A DNA stretch of 35,886 bases from Candidatus Woesearchaeota archaeon (lineage in GTDB: Archaea > Nanobdellota > Nanobdellia > SCGC-AAA011-G17 > JAFCDX01): NCBI GenBank assembly GCA_018302265.1, contig JAGVZV010000008.1, forward strand, positions 1 through 35,886, in the 5' to 3' direction. The first letter of the stretch is position 1. Every line of letters begins with the position of its first letter. The notes under the pieces were generated by a model, which searched no databases, was not told the DNA's origin, and was given only the letters and a program-made list of their open reading frames with translations. The translations under genes and the position numbers were made by a program. Positions 33,044 through 35,886 of this stretch are shown here, in pieces.

Positions 33044-34825
33044 TTACTTAATATATCCTCCTCTTTGCAGATTCCACAATCTTCTGTACATACCTTTATT
33101 CTTTATCAAATCACTGTGTTTTCCCTTTTGCACTACCTTTTCCTTATCTACAACAATAATCATATCGGCATTCATTATTGTGGACAACCTGTGTGCTATT
33201 ATAACCGAGGTTCTACCCCTCATTAATTTTGGCAGATCTTTCTGGATATCGTGCTCGGTCTTTGAATCAAGAGATGATGTAGCCTCATCCAACACTAAAA
33301 CCTTTTTATTTGCTAATAAAGCCCTTGCTATTGAAACCCTTTGTTTTTCTCCGCCAGACAGTTTTACTCCGCGCTCACCAACAATGGTATTCTCTTTCTT
33401 TGGAAATTTGTTTATTATTTTATCCAGTTGCGCAAACTTGATTGCTTTAAATACATTCTGCCTAGAAGCTTTTGGATTTGAGAAAATTAGATTGTTGTAT
33501 ATTGTGTCATCAAATAGTATACACTCTTGCGGAACAATGCTTAATTCTGACCTTAATGATTCCTGTTTAAAATCCCTTATATCCCTGCCATCTATTAAAA
33601 TACTGCCTGAGTCAACATCATAAAACCTGTACAATAATTTGACCAGTGTTGTCTTCCCTGATCCGGATGGTCCAACCAGTGCAACCTTTTTGTGCTTGGG
33701 TATTTTAAGATTAAAATTCTTGAATATTATCCTGTTTCCATACGTAAATGTAACATTCTTAAATTCGATATTTCCATCGCGGATTTTTAATTCCTTTGCA
33801 TTTTCTTTGTCTTTTATCTCATTTTTAATCTTTCCGTACTGGAATAAGGATTCAAAATCAGCCATAGCATCATAAAAGGTTCTTACACCATGGACAAAAC
33901 CAAATAACGGGCTTATCAGAGATCCGTATGTTGAATATATAAAAACAAGAGTGCCGATGGTTATCTCGTGATTCAATAACTTAAGGATGGGGAAATAAAC
34001 AATTAGAAACGTTCCAACTCCAAGTATTAATGCCTCTCCTGCACTAGTCCACCTGTAATAATTCCAGTTCTTGAGGACGGCCTTTCTTGTAAGTTCTGAT
34101 ATTTTGGCAAATTTTTTCTTTATTAAAAATTCCTTTCCAAAATATTTTATTGAGTCTATATTTGTGAATATATCGCTAATATTGGCTTTTTCCGTGTCAT
34201 CTGTATTATTTCTTCTAATGCTGGAATCTTGCTGCAATCTGCTCATCCAAAGGTTGAATATAATAAAAACAACCATAACACTCATTGTTATTAAAGCGGA
34301 TAGCCAATCAAAATATATTAAAGCTGCAGCTGAAACCAAGGTTTGGAATATTAATGGAGAAAAATTAAAGGCAATAACATCCGTCAAATGCTCAATCGCC
34401 TTTCCTCCACGGATTAATTTGGATATTAATGCCCCGGTTTTTACTGAAGTAAAAAATTTATGCGACAGATTAATCAAGTGATTGAAATACTTTCTTTTTA
34501 GATCCATTATTGCACTCGATTCTAAAACATTTATGGTGTGCAATTCCAACCAGTTTAGCAGTGTTCTGGACAGGATTAGACCCAAAAATACAATTAGCAA
34601 GAAAATAAGAAAACCAACAAAATTTTCTAAAGTAATGCTTCCTATTGAAAAACTAGTTCCATTATCAACCAATAATTTGAATAAATATCTGTCTAATAAA
34701 AAAGTAGCTTGTGTTAGTAATATGATTAATAGTAAACCAGTATAGATGTACTTATACTTTTTAACAAGAGTGTAATAAATACGCAAATTATACTTATAAT
34801 CTATTTTTTTCTTGGTGTATGCCAT
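33044..34825 (-). CDS. ABC exporter, fused permease-ATPase (MsbA/MdlB-like)
   Basis: A hydrophobic N-terminal half with multiple TM helices. Walker A GPSGSGKTT, signature LSGGEKQR, Walker B VLVLDEATS. Confidence 0.9.
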   Translation of the reverse strand: MAYTKKKIDYKYNLRIYYTLVKKYKYIYTGLLLIILLTQATFLLDRYLFKLLVDNGTSFSIGSITLENFVGFLIFLLIVFLGLILSRTLLNWLELHTINVLESSAIMDLKRKYFNHLINLSHKFFTSVKTGALISKLIRGGKAIEHLTDVIAFNFSPLIFQTLVSAAALIYFDWLSALITMSVMVVFIIFNLWMSRLQQDSSIRRNNTDDTEKANISDIFTNIDSIKYFGKEFLIKKKFAKISELTRKAVLKNWNYYRWTSAGEALILGVGTFLIVYFPILKLLNHEITIGTLVFIYSTYGSLISPLFGFVHGVRTFYDAMADFESLFQYGKIKNEIKDKENAKELKIRDGNIEFKNVTFTYGNRIIFKNFNLKIPKHKKVALVGPSGSGKTTLVKLLYRFYDVDSGSILIDGRDIRDFKQESLRSELSIVPQECILFDDTIYNNLIFSNPKASRQNVFKAIKFAQLDKIINKFPKKENTIVGERGVKLSGGEKQRVSIARALLANKKVLVLDEATSSLDSKTEHDIQKDLPKLMRGRTSVIIAHRLSTIMNADMIIVVDKEKVVQKGKHSDLIKNKGMYRRLWNLQRGGYIK

Positions 34826-35284
34826 TTTCTACTTTTATATGCTAAACCGGGAAACAATTTATAATGCACACGGCCATAAAACAGGCAAATACTCTAAAAA
34901 GAGCGATGTATCTGATGAAGAAATTGAAGATTCATCATAACATACACCTCTTTTTTATATTCTCTTTTTCAAGGATTTAAATATTTATCTCCATAAGCGT
35001 TTTAGGATGGTTTTGTTCTAGAATTAGGAAAAATTCAAACCTGCAAGTATCAGAGAAGCATTAACGAGAGTTCCCACAATCTACTGAGGATGTCCAATTA
35101 GTAAAGGAACAAAAAATGTGATTGCAGAATACGCAAGAAATTCAATAGGTTCATTAGCGTTTGAAAGAATATAGTTTGTTTGATATAAATTTTTAAACAT
35201 ATTTAATGATAAAAGATTGGAGTGTATAAATATAATGATTTTAATAATAAATGGGGAGGACGAGGGACGAAGTCATTTAGATGA

Positions 35285-35713
35285 TTAAGCCTTTCTGGAT
35301 TTTTTCTGATCTTCAAAATAATTTGCTACTACTTTTCTTGTAGCATCCCATAATTTTCTTACTTCAGGCCTATATTCAGTATAATCCCAACCAGGGGTTA
35401 ATTGGAATTGTATAGCACTACATCTTGGATAATCCTCTAAAAATGATGAAACCATCTCAAAACTATCAAATGTAAATGATTTATCCACTCGGGTTATATT
35501 GCCGCCAATAGTAAAAGTCCCGAGTTCTTCTATGATTCCCTTTCCATTATTGTTTAAACCCAAAGATATATGTTGTTTTATGTGATAAGAAATACTGGCT
35601 GGTAGGTTTAATACAATATATTTTAACAATGATTTTGTTTCATCCAATCCCAATGGTCTTGGAAAGCATATTCTTACTTTGCTCATCAAATCAGTAGGTT
35701 CAATCCGTGGCAT
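35285..35713 (-). CDS. Hypothetical protein
   Basis: 142-aa ORF. No motif recognised. Confidence 0.45.
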   Translation of the reverse strand: MPRIEPTDLMSKVRICFPRPLGLDETKSLLKYIVLNLPASISYHIKQHISLGLNNNGKGIIEELGTFTIGGNITRVDKSFTFDSFEMVSSFLEDYPRCSAIQFQLTPGWDYTEYRPEVRKLWDATRKVVANYFEDQKKSRKA

Positions 35714-35796
35714 GACCGAACAAATATATTAATATTTAAATACCTTTGTTACTTCGGATATCCACAACACATTCAGTTGTCTTGAATGTTTTATAA

Positions 35797-35879
35797 GCGG
35801 TTTTAGTTCAGTGGTAGAATGCGAGATTCCCATACGTTGGAAAGATCTCGAAATGCGGGTCCGATTCCCGCAAACCGCA
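35797..35879 (+). tRNA. tRNA-Gly(CCC) with a 12-nt intron at 37/38
   Basis: Acceptor GCGGTTT/AAACCGC, D arm GTTC-AGTGGTA-GAAT, anticodon stem CGAGA/TCTCG, loop TT-CCC-A then TACGTTGGAAAG. Central helix TTCC/GGAA with 3' bulge AGA. T arm GCGGG-TCCGATT-CCCGC, which has an unusual C at position 55. Confidence 0.85.
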
Positions 35880-35886
35880 CTTTTAG

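Noticed and set aside
33030-34745. Plus-strand ORFs 33030-33623, 33639-33875, 34071-34481 and 34482-34745. Similar antisense ORFs occur inside ABCE1 (7392-7762), ppsA (25154-26823), taw1 (31355-32113) and other genes
   Set aside because: They are antisense shadows of strongly supported genes. Their composition is low-complexity and hydrophobic, as is typical of AT-rich reverse frames.
34914-34940. UGAUGA-containing inverted repeat (TGATGAA-N11-TTCATCA) in the 460-nt intergenic region, considered as a C/D-box sRNA or terminator
   Set aside because: There is no matching D box (CUGA) at an appropriate distance on either strand, and the repeat is not adjacent to a gene end.

Overview
AT-rich archaeal chromosome fragment. 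ABCE1, eL33/L35Ae, uL16/L10e, RtcB plus archease, Taw1, pyruvoyl arginine decarboxylase, deoxyhypusine synthase and three intron-bearing tRNAs suggest a small-genome DPANN-type archaeon. Housekeeping genes flank an accessory island of about 9.6 kb (12.5-22.2 kb) between rtcB and tRNA-Val. Two items stand out. (1) A diversity-generating retroelement (DGR): the RT gene (12540-13583), one template repeat (TR), and three variable repeats (VRs) at the 3' ends of three paralogous genes. Almost all TR/VR mismatches fall on TR adenines. The three diversified genes are interleaved in one tightly overlapping minus-strand operon with a ribbon-helix-helix (RHH) regulator, a MoxR-like AAA+ ATPase and a protein combining an HExxH motif with a von Willebrand factor A (VWA) domain. 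This is a candidate NTPase-coupled hypervariable sensing or conflict system. (2) rtcB, the tRNA-splicing ligase gene, is interrupted by 28 nt that fold into a canonical bulge-helix-bulge (BHB) motif. Excision by the standard cleavage rule restores the frame and rebuilds the conserved GGVG-Y-DINCG metal-binding motif, so this is a putative mRNA intron in the ligase's own gene. Other observations: a decayed second DGR-like locus (27.1-28.4 kb) sharing a promoter block with the first; an AbiE-like pair flanked by a duplicated archease 3' end; a HEPN-MNT pair; a D-loop intron in tRNA-Val; a frameshifted agmatinase; a free-standing LAGLIDADG-HTH protein; and an RCC1-repeat surface protein with a 150/300-nt DNA periodicity. 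All calls rest on reading the sequence and ORF translations by eye. No database search was run.
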